The notes under the pieces were generated by a model that saw nothing but the letters and a program-made list of their open reading frames with translations, was not told where the DNA came from and ran no database searches. This document shows positions 1 to 9,099 of a DNA stretch of 64,000 bases, piece after piece. Position 1 is the first letter of the stretch. Each line of letters opens with the position of its first letter. The DNA is from a virus (Duplodnaviria > Caudoviricetes). The position numbers were made by a program, and so were the translations under genes. Location: the IMG/VR virus record IMGVR_UViG_3300002092_001784, positions 32,001 through 96,000 of that record; one strand, 5' to 3'.

Positions 1-1
1 T

Positions 2-370
2 GAAATAGATAAAATTGATACTAGCTCATGGAATATTGAAGATGGTGTCACATATGATCAGTCTGATGAAATCCAATCAATACTTAATAAAGCCATTGGA
101 AATGATAATGGGTTTGCACAAGTAAATGATGAGGGGGCAGTCGAATATATGGTTGGTAATGGTAGTGATGGTGATCCAGAATACACTTTATATATGGGAC
201 CTGACGATAACGGTAAAGGTTGGACTGTAAGTATGGGTGCTAATGGAGATGACCCATCTGAACTTGATGGTAAATATTGGAAAACATTTAGAAATCCAAA
301 AGATGGTATAAAATATATGGCTACGATAGCTAAAAAGCATAAGAAAGATTTGGAATTGGATAATGCTTAA
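2..370 (+). CDS. hypothetical protein, 5'-partial (frame open from the window edge)
   Basis: The frame of ORF 149..370 has no stop back to position 2. Confidence 0.7.
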   Translation, partial: EIDKIDTSSWNIEDGVTYDQSDEIQSILNKAIGNDNGFAQVNDEGAVEYMVGNGSDGDPEYTLYMGPDDNGKGWTVSMGANGDDPSELDGKYWKTFRNPKDGIKYMATIAKKHKKDLELDNA

Positions 371-393
371 TCATAAAAATTAAATAATAATAA

Positions 394-2160
394 ATGTTTC
401 CAAACTTTGAAGAAATACTAACAGAATTAAGTTATAGAATACCGGAAGGTGTGGTTGATTTAAGAAATCCATCACATATTACCGAACTTGCGAATATATT
501 GCGTGAGTTCGGTATTTCTGATGCTTACGAACTTGCTGAATCGGCCGGTTTGGTTTTTGAGCAGTTGGTCGAAGATGTGATGGTGCAGAACAAAAACTCA
601 GGCAAAGTATATAGTGTTAAAAATTTTAACCCAGATAATCACGTTAAGGTAGATACAAATACTGCACACACATCTGATAAATCTAAAACTCCGGCAGCAA
701 ACCCGCCTAAAGGAGATGCCAATGTAGATTCTACCCATAACTCAGGTGATACCATAATTAATGGGAAAGACAAGAGTTTGGAATCTAAAGACCCATTAAG
801 TACATCGGTATATACTTCCGAGTTATCACCAGATGATACTGATTTTGATGCAAAAAATAAAAAGTTTGCAAATCCGATACCACCACCACCATTTAAGTTT
901 CCCAAATCTATTAGTAGTAATCCAAAATATCCAAAAAAATATATAAAACTTTTGGAAAGAATGATGAACACACAACAGATTGGAGATGCTAAAAAAATAT
1001 CGCATTATTGCGATATGAAGGCAGGGCAGGGGGCTATATCGGCTCAGGCCGGTGAGTTAATGACTATGATGGCAGTAACGATGGATGATAAAGAATTTGC
1101 AGAATTTAAAAAATCAATTTCAACACACATAGACTCGTTAACAAAACCAAAAAGAGTAGTAAGTGATACATCTCGAATTATTACTAAAAAATGGTTAACT
1201 GCCGCAGAAGGTAATCGAAAGGGTATATTGAAACGGATAGCTAAGCAATATCCGGGGTATCATATCGTTGCATCGGCTTGGGATACTAAATCTGATGTTG
1301 AGGCTTTGGGTATGAAAGATTATTCGAATAAAGGGGGTACTACCGATGTATATTTGAGATTGGAAAACGATAAAGGTGAAGCAAAATTAGATGAATTATC
1401 ACTGAAGCAAAGTTTGATCGCAAATTTACTTAATTCAGGAGTAGGAAAATTTGATGAATGGATGGGTAAAAACGGAGTTCCAGACAGTATCAATCAGCAT
1501 GTATATGCCCAGAACCAAAGAAGTGTTTTATCAAAATTCTGTAAAGATAATATAGAAAATATTAAAAAATTGGTAAATTCTGATGATGAATTACGGAGAG
1601 TAATGGAGGCGAAGCATCTTGATTTTGAAACGGCGTTGAATGATACCTTAAACGGTAAAGGAAATAGACATAAGTCTAAAGTACTTATTGAAGCAGTAGC
1701 TGCATTACAACGAAATGGTGATAAATCGGCTACTAAGTTAATATCCGATATGGATGCTGCTCATTCCAAATTCGTTTCAAATTGTATTACTGCCATCACC
1801 ACCGATGAGAAGTTAAAGGAGGGTATGCTGAATGAAATAAAATCAGAATTTCCATTAAAATCGGTGGCAGATAGTGAAGAAAGTGTTGTGTTTGGTGAAT
1901 ATGTTCTTGATAAGAGTACTATGAAACAAATATTTGGAACAAGTGATTTTAACCAATTTAAGCAAGGGTTGGTATCCGAACCGGGACCACCACCGTATAT
2001 TGCATACAAAGTTAAGACTGGTGGCAGAATTATACCTATTGCAAACATAGCAGTTAGAGAGGATGGTCGAAATTATGGGGGGATTTTCAAATTTGAAATG
2101 ACACTTAATAAAGAATTGGCTAATGAGATTATAAAAGCAAACAAAGAAGTTTACGGATAA
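394..2160 (+). CDS. probable virion-internal protein with possible PD-(D/E)xK-like nuclease domain
   Basis: 588 aa ORF; N-terminus resembles that of 2253..4211; TDVY...ELSLK motif. Confidence 0.5.
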   Translation: MFPNFEEILTELSYRIPEGVVDLRNPSHITELANILREFGISDAYELAESAGLVFEQLVEDVMVQNKNSGKVYSVKNFNPDNHVKVDTNTAHTSDKSKTPAANPPKGDANVDSTHNSGDTIINGKDKSLESKDPLSTSVYTSELSPDDTDFDAKNKKFANPIPPPPFKFPKSISSNPKYPKKYIKLLERMMNTQQIGDAKKISHYCDMKAGQGAISAQAGELMTMMAVTMDDKEFAEFKKSISTHIDSLTKPKRVVSDTSRIITKKWLTAAEGNRKGILKRIAKQYPGYHIVASAWDTKSDVEALGMKDYSNKGGTTDVYLRLENDKGEAKLDELSLKQSLIANLLNSGVGKFDEWMGKNGVPDSINQHVYAQNQRSVLSKFCKDNIENIKKLVNSDDELRRVMEAKHLDFETALNDTLNGKGNRHKSKVLIEAVAALQRNGDKSATKLISDMDAAHSKFVSNCITAITTDEKLKEGMLNEIKSEFPLKSVADSEESVVFGEYVLDKSTMKQIFGTSDFNQFKQGLVSEPGPPPYIAYKVKTGGRIIPIANIAVREDGRNYGGIFKFEMTLNKELANEIIKANKEVYG

Positions 2161-2201
2161 CTTAAAAATAGTTCGTAAAATACTGAAAAAGATAAAAATT
2201 T

Positions 2202-2209
2202 ATATTTAT
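2202..2209 (+). promoter_or_regulatory. ATATTTAT putative phage (late/middle) promoter box
   Basis: Recurrent intergenic octamer, upstream of 2253. Confidence 0.5.
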
Positions 2210-2252
2210 AGCAATAAAACAATCACGCTATAAATATAAATTTTTTCATTAT

Positions 2253-4211
2253 ATGAAAGTATCTAAACTGATAAATGATATTGTTGCAGAATGGGCATAC
2301 CGAGTACACGATGGTAAGCCAAATCCAAAGAATAAATCACATATTACCGAGTTATCCGCAATCCTGTCCGAAATGGGGTTGAGTGGTATCAAACACGAAT
2401 TAATCCAAAATCTTACAGAAGCGGATGAAAAGCAATTTTCAAATCCGGTTCTTAATAAAAAAATACGGTATAAAAACGAAAAAGGTGAAGACCGTGTTGG
2501 TATTGTTGGAAATCTATTAAGACTACCAAAAACTGCAAAGGGAAGAATTGCCGCAGAAAAGGTAATTCCTAAAGATGATACACCGGAACGTAGGGCAATT
2601 AATAAGGATTTAGGTAAAGAGAAAAAAGGTAGAAACCAATCCATAACAGTACCAAAGAAAGGTGAAGACCAAGAATCACCGGAAGGTGGTCAGCAACCAC
2701 AACAACCATCACCATCCGTAATGTATACAGCAGACCCTGCAATGCAAGCTAGGATGGATACCGAAAAGAAAACATTAGCAAAGATTACCGCCAAAAAGAA
2801 AGAAGCAGAAAAGGCAGCAACTGAAAAGCCGGAAAAGGAAGATATGGATTTCAATCCGATAAACCCGCAGGATATTCACAAGGAAATGCCACATGCTGAT
2901 CCTGATACATTTAGTGGAGATTCTGATATTCCGGAACGAGTTCCACAAGATGAAGCAAGAAAAATCTCAATGAGAATTGATGATTTGGCAAAAGCAACTG
3001 CCGATGCTAAAGCAAAAGGAGAGAAAGCACCGAACTTCAATTTATGTAAGATTACCGTTCCCGGTACTAACTTATATTGTGATGGGAATTTGGGTATACC
3101 AAGAGAAGATATGCCACAATTCAAAGGTAAACCACAACCGGGTTCACCTGCATCAAAAATGCCAACCGATGAAAACGGTGAAGTAGATACTGAAGGGTTA
3201 TTCAAAAAAATGTTGAAAGATAAAGGAATTAAAGTACTTGATACTGAAATCCCATCCGATCAACTAAAAGCAACTCAATCAGAGTTAGTAGGTTCTAAAG
3301 TAGCTGGTATGGCTAAGGCATTGGATAAAGACCCAAACAATCCGGGTATTACAGCACCTATTTATGTAAGTAGAGATGGATATGTTGTAGATGGTCATCA
3401 CAGATGGGCAGCAGTAACATCAAACGCAATTACTCAAGGAAAACCGGCAATAATGAAGGTTCATGTTATTGATGCCGATGCTAAAGATATTATACCGATG
3501 GCAAACAAATTTGCCGAAAACATAGGTGTTGCCGCTAAAAAGGCAGATGCAAACCAAGAAGGACCAAAAGGTGAAGAAGAAACCAACCATGTGAAACGCG
3601 TACATAAAAAAATTGTAAAAGGTATAGAACATTTTTCAAATGAAAACAAAGAATGGTTCTTAAAAAAACAATATGCTCAAAAATCCAAAGAAAGAAGAAC
3701 AATGTCCGAAGCAGTAATGCATAAGGTTAGAGGTTCTTGGGATTCGATTAAACACCACCTAAAAGAAGAAGGTGAAGTATTTAAGCACGCAAGTGTAGGT
3801 GCAGCTAAATTCTTCAGTGGTAAAAAATTGGAAAACCACGAAAAGAAAGCATTAAAATCCGTTGCTGTTAAGGTTGTTATGGGTGCGGCAACTGCGGCAC
3901 TTACTGGTGGGATAGGACACGGTATATCTGCATTTGCACACCATGTTGTTATAAATATGATACCAGATACGATACAGGAATCAATCGCAAAAGGAATTGG
4001 TAAAGCAGCCCTATTTGCTGGAGAAGAAGATGAATCAAAATATATGTTGAAGTTCATAGAAATGATAATAGAAAAATTAAGTACTATGAAAATCACACCG
4101 GATATGATGCTAAAGTATGTAGATTCATTCAATGAAAAGCAAGGAATAAAGGAAGCAAAAGAAATACAGTTAACATCTATGTTAGCTAAGTCATCATTAA
4201 AATACAGATAA
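2253..4211 (+). CDS. probable virion-internal protein with ParB/sulfiredoxin-like domain and C-terminal hydrophobic segment
   Basis: QLKATQSE...PIYVSRDGYVVDGHHRWAA is a ParB-N-like motif. Confidence 0.6.
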   Translation: MKVSKLINDIVAEWAYRVHDGKPNPKNKSHITELSAILSEMGLSGIKHELIQNLTEADEKQFSNPVLNKKIRYKNEKGEDRVGIVGNLLRLPKTAKGRIAAEKVIPKDDTPERRAINKDLGKEKKGRNQSITVPKKGEDQESPEGGQQPQQPSPSVMYTADPAMQARMDTEKKTLAKITAKKKEAEKAATEKPEKEDMDFNPINPQDIHKEMPHADPDTFSGDSDIPERVPQDEARKISMRIDDLAKATADAKAKGEKAPNFNLCKITVPGTNLYCDGNLGIPREDMPQFKGKPQPGSPASKMPTDENGEVDTEGLFKKMLKDKGIKVLDTEIPSDQLKATQSELVGSKVAGMAKALDKDPNNPGITAPIYVSRDGYVVDGHHRWAAVTSNAITQGKPAIMKVHVIDADAKDIIPMANKFAENIGVAAKKADANQEGPKGEEETNHVKRVHKKIVKGIEHFSNENKEWFLKKQYAQKSKERRTMSEAVMHKVRGSWDSIKHHLKEEGEVFKHASVGAAKFFSGKKLENHEKKALKSVAVKVVMGAATAALTGGIGHGISAFAHHVVINMIPDTIQESIAKGIGKAALFAGEEDESKYMLKFIEMIIEKLSTMKITPDMMLKYVDSFNEKQGIKEAKEIQLTSMLAKSSLKYR

Positions 4212-4639
4212 TGCAAAATACATGCCTACTATGTACATTTTCTAATGCTGATGGATTGGATAGTACACTTCAACAGATTAGAGATACATATCATATAGTT
4301 TATTCGTACATATATGTTTTACAAAACAAAGTAAATGTGGACGACCTGTTTATTACATATAATATAGATACTACCTATCAGGTAGATACTCCATTGTATA
4401 ATACTATTTTGATTCACCGCAAAAAGGAATCTAATACCATTTATACTATAAATGCACTTAATCAATTAGTGAGAGAGGAAAATAGTGGAATTATGGACTC
4501 TTCATTCGTATTGGATTGGCAGAAGTATAAAAATTCTATAATTCTGACAACAGCAGGTGGTTTGAAGAAAATTCAAACTAAAGTATACGATATTATATCG
4601 TTTTCACAGTCTGATATTGATAATTATTATAATCGTTAA
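4211..4639 (+). CDS. conserved hypothetical phage protein
   Basis: 142 aa ORF coupled to the upstream stop. Confidence 0.7.
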   Translation: MQNTCLLCTFSNADGLDSTLQQIRDTYHIVYSYIYVLQNKVNVDDLFITYNIDTTYQVDTPLYNTILIHRKKESNTIYTINALNQLVREENSGIMDSSFVLDWQKYKNSIILTTAGGLKKIQTKVYDIISFSQSDIDNYYNR

Positions 4640-4642
4640 ATT

Positions 4643-5245
4643 ATGGACTTAACTAAACTTACGGGTGAAATCCCCGATGAAGTTCTATCTCAATTACAAG
4701 ATAGTAATTTTGAAGAATTTAGTATCAACACACCATTAAGAGTTGCTCATTTTTTGGCACAATGTGACCATGAAAGTGGTGGATTTACGTTGGTGCGTGA
4801 AAATCTAAATTATTCCGTCAAAGGGTTAATGAGTGTATTTGGTAAATATTTTCCAACCATTGAAATTGCCGGTCAATACGCAAGACAGCCGGAAAAGATA
4901 GCAAACCGTGTTTATGCGGACAGAATGGGTAATGGTGATGAAGCAAGTGGCGATGGGTGGAAGTACAGAGGACGTGGATATATTCAGTTGACTGGACATG
5001 ATAATTATGAAGCGTTTGGTGAGGAAATTGGTGTAGATTTATCAGAGAATACAGATTTGGTAGCAACTGATTATCCATTACTATCTGCGGCATGGTTCTT
5101 TAAGAAAAACAGTATTTTGGTAATATGTGATAGAGGTAGTGGATTGGATGTAGTAACTTCGGTAACAAAACGTGTAAACGGAGGTACAAACGGATTAGAC
5201 CAAAGATGGGTTAATTTCCAAAAATATTACAATTTATTAACCTAA
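4643..5245 (+). CDS. glycoside hydrolase family 19 endolysin
   Basis: AHFLAQCDHESGGF and GDGWKYRGRGYIQLTG motifs. Confidence 0.9.
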   Translation: MDLTKLTGEIPDEVLSQLQDSNFEEFSINTPLRVAHFLAQCDHESGGFTLVRENLNYSVKGLMSVFGKYFPTIEIAGQYARQPEKIANRVYADRMGNGDEASGDGWKYRGRGYIQLTGHDNYEAFGEEIGVDLSENTDLVATDYPLLSAAWFFKKNSILVICDRGSGLDVVTSVTKRVNGGTNGLDQRWVNFQKYYNLLT

Positions 5246-5249
5246 CTTA

Positions 5250-5281
5250 TTTGGTAATTCCAATTATTTTCTTTATATTTG
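5250..5281 (+). promoter_or_regulatory. Bacteroidota sigma-70-type promoter (-33 TTTG / -7 TATATTTG)
   Basis: TTTG-N20-TATATTTG upstream of 5289. Confidence 0.75.
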
Positions 5282-5288
5282 TAAACCG

Positions 5289-5486
5289 ATGATAAAACTA
5301 AAATCACTTCTCATAAAGGAAGACCTAATATTCAAAAATAAGGATGAGTTTGACGAATATAATAAAATTCATAAATTACCACCAAATACCAAAGTAACGG
5401 TGTGTGGTAAGAATATGACAGCAGTGGAAGCAGAAACAACACCATTGCCATGTAGTTACATAATACCGCATTGGCAAAATTATTGA
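5289..5486 (+). CDS. small hypothetical protein with MIKLKSLLIKE N-terminal motif
   Basis: 65 aa ORF downstream of a promoter. Confidence 0.6.
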   Translation: MIKLKSLLIKEDLIFKNKDEFDEYNKIHKLPPNTKVTVCGKNMTAVEAETTPLPCSYIIPHWQNY

Positions 5487-5492
5487 TATTCG

Positions 5493-5500
5493 ATATTTAT
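5493..5500 (+). promoter_or_regulatory. ATATTTAT putative phage promoter box
   Basis: Intergenic, upstream of 5517. Confidence 0.5.
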
Positions 5501-5516
5501 ATAAAAATACAAAGAA

Positions 5517-5831
5517 ATGATAAAATTAAAACGACTACTTAAAGAAGCAAAGAAGCCGGAAATGGATACTTATTTTGATTCATTCACTTCAGCCGCACAA
5601 GCCGCAAGAAATATGGCAGAAAAGAAAGGATATGAAATCGATGAAGAAAGCTGGCAAGATGAAGTGGCAATGGGTGGTAAGAATTTACGTTCAAGACCAA
5701 GTGTTGGAAAATATACCAAATTCAGTGTTAGTTTAATTAAAAATGGAAAACCACAAAAGAACAGAGCATTGTTCTTTACAGTGTATGGTATGCCAAGTGG
5801 TAAGTATGAATTAACCGCATATATATCTTAA
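5517..5831 (+). CDS. hypothetical protein with MIKLKRLLKE N-terminal motif
   Basis: 104 aa ORF. Confidence 0.7.
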   Translation: MIKLKRLLKEAKKPEMDTYFDSFTSAAQAARNMAEKKGYEIDEESWQDEVAMGGKNLRSRPSVGKYTKFSVSLIKNGKPQKNRALFFTVYGMPSGKYELTAYIS

Positions 5832-5850
5832 AATTAAAACTCTTAAAAAG

Positions 5851-5880
5851 AAAGGAAGAACTAAAAATTCTTCCTTTTTT
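5851..5880 (+). terminator. intrinsic terminator (possibly bidirectional)
   Basis: AAAGGAAGAA/TTCTTCCTTT 10-bp stem, 7-nt loop, T tract. Confidence 0.65.
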
Positions 5881-5881
5881 A

Positions 5882-5913
5882 TTTGGTAAAACCAAAAATT
5901 ATTCGTATCTTTG
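5882..5913 (+). promoter_or_regulatory. Bacteroidota sigma-70-type promoter
   Basis: TTTG-N20-TATCTTTG; 36/37 nt identical to the tmRNA promoter. Confidence 0.8.
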
Positions 5914-5971
5914 TAACGTATACAAATACAAAAAATCGGAAATAATAAACAAAAAAAAATATCAAAAAAAG

Positions 5972-6003
5972 TTTGTTTTTATCGAAAATTTGTTGTATAT
6001 TTG
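5972..6003 (+). promoter_or_regulatory. Bacteroidota sigma-70-type promoter
   Basis: TTTG-N20-TATATTTG upstream of SSB. Confidence 0.7.
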
Positions 6004-6013
6004 TAGAACTGTT

Positions 6014-6021
6014 ATATTTAT
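6014..6021 (+). promoter_or_regulatory. ATATTTAT putative phage promoter box
   Basis: Intergenic, upstream of SSB. Confidence 0.5.
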
Positions 6022-6095
6022 ATATGTAACGGCGTGTAGGACAGACACGTAAATAAAACCATAAACTCATAAAACAATTTAAAACTTAAAAGAAG

Positions 6096-6926
6096 ATGGC
6101 TATTAACTTAGATGCAATCAGAGGTAGACTGAACAAACTACAAACGACCACAAGGACATCGGTGGAAACTTGGAAACCCGCACCGGGAAAATATCAAATC
6201 CGATTAGTTCCGTATAAGTTCAACAAAGAAAATCCATTCATTGAACTTTACTTTCACTACAACATCAACAACAAAACGTATCTGTCACCAATTTCATTTG
6301 GTAGACCAGACCCTATTGTTGAGTTCGCTGAAAAACTGAAAAGAATGGGTGACAAAGAAGATTGGAAGGCCGCAAAGAAAATGGAGCCGAAACTTCGGAC
6401 ATTCGTACCTGTATTGGTAAGGGGTGAAGAAGGTGAAGGAGTTCGTTTTTGGGGATTTGGAAAAACCGTATACCAAGACCTGCTTGGGTACATTGCTGAT
6501 CCCGATTATGGTGATATTACTGATCCAGAAACAGGTAGGGATATTATCGTTGAAATTGTATCAGCTGAAGATTCTGGTACTTCGTATCAGCAAACCAACA
6601 TTAGGGTTAAACCTAAAGAAACACCATTATCGGAAAAAGCAGAAGATGCCAAACGGTTTCTTGATTCACAAAAAGAGATTACTGAAATGTATTCTGAATT
6701 AACATATTCAGAATTAAAAGGTATTCTTGAAGGTTGGTTAAATCCATCGTCTGAATCTGATGATACTGATGTGCCATCACCATCGGCTGAAGTGTTATCT
6801 TCAAAACCGGCTGAAACCGCTAAAGCAACTCACGTTGCAAATGAAACCGCAAATTCAACACCTACATCTAATAACAAAAAATTAGATGATGTTGGTTCTG
6901 CGTTTGATGAACTGTTTAACAAATAA
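6096..6926 (+). CDS. single-stranded DNA-binding protein (T4 gp32-like)
   Basis: WKP..G...IR..PY, WGFGKTVY and GRDI motifs; acidic tail DDVGSAFDELF. Confidence 0.85.
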   Translation: MAINLDAIRGRLNKLQTTTRTSVETWKPAPGKYQIRLVPYKFNKENPFIELYFHYNINNKTYLSPISFGRPDPIVEFAEKLKRMGDKEDWKAAKKMEPKLRTFVPVLVRGEEGEGVRFWGFGKTVYQDLLGYIADPDYGDITDPETGRDIIVEIVSAEDSGTSYQQTNIRVKPKETPLSEKAEDAKRFLDSQKEITEMYSELTYSELKGILEGWLNPSSESDDTDVPSPSAEVLSSKPAETAKATHVANETANSTPTSNNKKLDDVGSAFDELFNK

Positions 6927-6935
6927 AAACCTTAA

Positions 6936-8039
6936 ATGGCAAAAAAAGAACTTGATTTAGCAGAAGTTCTAGCCGATTCCTTAAACAAACAGTCTAAAGA
7001 TCAAACAATCGCATACTTTTTAGATGCCGGAGATTCACCCGCTAATATAGCAGGGTGGATTTCCACCGGCGCATCTACTTTGGATATTGCGATTTCTAAT
7101 AGACCGTATGGTGGGTTTCCGGTTGGAAGAATTTCTGAGATTACTGGGTTGGAGCAGAGTGGAAAATCGTTACTTTCTGCTCATGCTTTGGCTGAAACTC
7201 AAAAATTAGGTGGGGTAGCTGTAATGATAGATACCGAAGCGGCAGTAAGTAGAGAATTTCTAACTGCCATTGGTGTAGATGTGAGTAAACTATTGTATGT
7301 ATCTACCGATTCTGTTGAACAGATTTTTGAATCAATCGAAACTATTATTGAAAAAGTTAGATTGGCTTCAAAAGATAGGTTTGTTACTATTGTGGTGGAT
7401 TCCGTTGCAGCAGCATCAACTAAGAAAGAGTTGGAAGCTGATTATGGTAAGGATGGATATGCAACTGATAAATCGATTATCATTTCCAAAGCAATGCGGA
7501 AGATTACAAATATGATAGCGAAACAGAAGATTGCAGTAATATTCACAAATCAGTTACGACAGAAAATGAACGCTATGCCGTTTTCAGACCCTTGGACTAC
7601 TTCGGGTGGTAAAGCATTGGCATTTCACGCATCAGTACGGTTACGGTTGAAAACTACTGGAAACATTAAGGTGGGTGACAGAATTGTAGGTATTAAAGTA
7701 CGATGTCAGGTTGTTAAAAACAGAATGGGACCACCGTTACGGTCTGCTGATTTTGATATATTCTTTGATAGGGGTATTGATAACTACGGTGCGTGGATAG
7801 CAATAATGAAAGAATCTGATTTACTGAAGCAGGGTGGTGCGTGGTATACTTATGTTGATACCGATACGGGAGAGGAAATTAAATTCCAAGCGAAGGATTT
7901 TGTAAGTATACTAAATAGTAGACCCGAAATCAAAGAACAGATGTACAATAGAATGTGTGAATGTCAAATAGTTCTTTATAAAAAGAACGGTGAGGCTGAA
8001 CTCATTGAAGATACGGATGTTGTTATTGACGAAGATTAA
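6936..8039 (+). CDS. uvsX: RecA/UvsX-like recombinase
   Basis: Walker A GLEQSGKS; IVVDSVAA; TTSGGKALAFHASVRLRL. Confidence 0.92.
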   Translation: MAKKELDLAEVLADSLNKQSKDQTIAYFLDAGDSPANIAGWISTGASTLDIAISNRPYGGFPVGRISEITGLEQSGKSLLSAHALAETQKLGGVAVMIDTEAAVSREFLTAIGVDVSKLLYVSTDSVEQIFESIETIIEKVRLASKDRFVTIVVDSVAAASTKKELEADYGKDGYATDKSIIISKAMRKITNMIAKQKIAVIFTNQLRQKMNAMPFSDPWTTSGGKALAFHASVRLRLKTTGNIKVGDRIVGIKVRCQVVKNRMGPPLRSADFDIFFDRGIDNYGAWIAIMKESDLLKQGGAWYTYVDTDTGEEIKFQAKDFVSILNSRPEIKEQMYNRMCECQIVLYKKNGEAELIEDTDVVIDED

Positions 8040-8054
8040 AACAAAAAATGTTAC

Positions 8055-9098
8055 ATGAAAGAACTTTATAAAAAGTTATTAACTGAAGTTACTACGGAGC
8101 ATGATACAAATGTATCACGCAACCGTAACGGTAAGGTTCTTGTTATTGACGGCACGAACACCTTCATCCGTTGTTGGACAACCAATCCTAGTATGAACGA
8201 AGATGGTGACCATACGGGTGGGGTTGTTGGTTCGTTAAACTCCATTGGAGCAATAATTAGACAATTTAACCCAACACGAGTAATTTTAGTATTCGATGGT
8301 AAGGGCGGTTCTGATTCAAGAAAAAAGATATTTGAAGGATATAAAGCAGGTAGAACTAAAAACAGATTTAGGGTAAACCGTCAGTATCCGGAAATGATGA
8401 ATGAAGAAGAAGAACACATTTCTATGAGACGGCAATTCGTTTGGTTGGCGGACATATTAGATAGTTTACCAATCACAACGATGGTATATGATGGGATAGA
8501 AGCAGATGATGTAATTAGTTATATTCCTATGGAATTGTTATCTGAAACAGATGAATGTATTATCAATTCAACTGATAAGGACTTTTTACAGCATATCAAT
8601 GACAACATAACCATATATTCCCCAACAAAAAAGAAATTATATACCAAAGATGTATTCTTTGAAGAATTTGGTATGTATCCTCAAAACTTTCTATTGTTTA
8701 GAACATTGGATAGTGATGCATCGGATAACATACCGGGAGTTAAGGGGGTTGGATTGAAAACATTTCTGAAACGATTTCCAGAATTTTCTGAAGATAGACT
8801 TATCACTTTTGATGAGTTTTTTAGTCTATGCGAACAACGTAAGGGTACATATAAAATTTATGATGATATTTTGGAACATAAGAATGATGTACTGCGTAAC
8901 AAAAAAATTATGCAGTTATCTGATTCCGTAATATCGGTTGATCAAAAACTTAAAATTTTGGATAGATTTAATGAACCAAATAAACGGTTTGATAAAATGA
9001 ATTTTCTTAGAGCAGGTTCTAAATATAAAATTCTTCAAAACTGGCGTGATATCAACGACTGGCTAAATTCCACATTTAATAACATTATAGTACAATAA
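8055..9098 (+). CDS. 5'-3' exonuclease / RNase H (T4 Rnh/FEN-like)
   Basis: VIDGTN, VFDGKGG, IEADDVI, STDKDFLQ, DSDASDNIPGVKGVG. Confidence 0.9.
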   Translation: MKELYKKLLTEVTTEHDTNVSRNRNGKVLVIDGTNTFIRCWTTNPSMNEDGDHTGGVVGSLNSIGAIIRQFNPTRVILVFDGKGGSDSRKKIFEGYKAGRTKNRFRVNRQYPEMMNEEEEHISMRRQFVWLADILDSLPITTMVYDGIEADDVISYIPMELLSETDECIINSTDKDFLQHINDNITIYSPTKKKLYTKDVFFEEFGMYPQNFLLFRTLDSDASDNIPGVKGVGLKTFLKRFPEFSEDRLITFDEFFSLCEQRKGTYKIYDDILEHKNDVLRNKKIMQLSDSVISVDQKLKILDRFNEPNKRFDKMNFLRAGSKYKILQNWRDINDWLNSTFNNIIVQ

Positions 9099-9099
9099 G

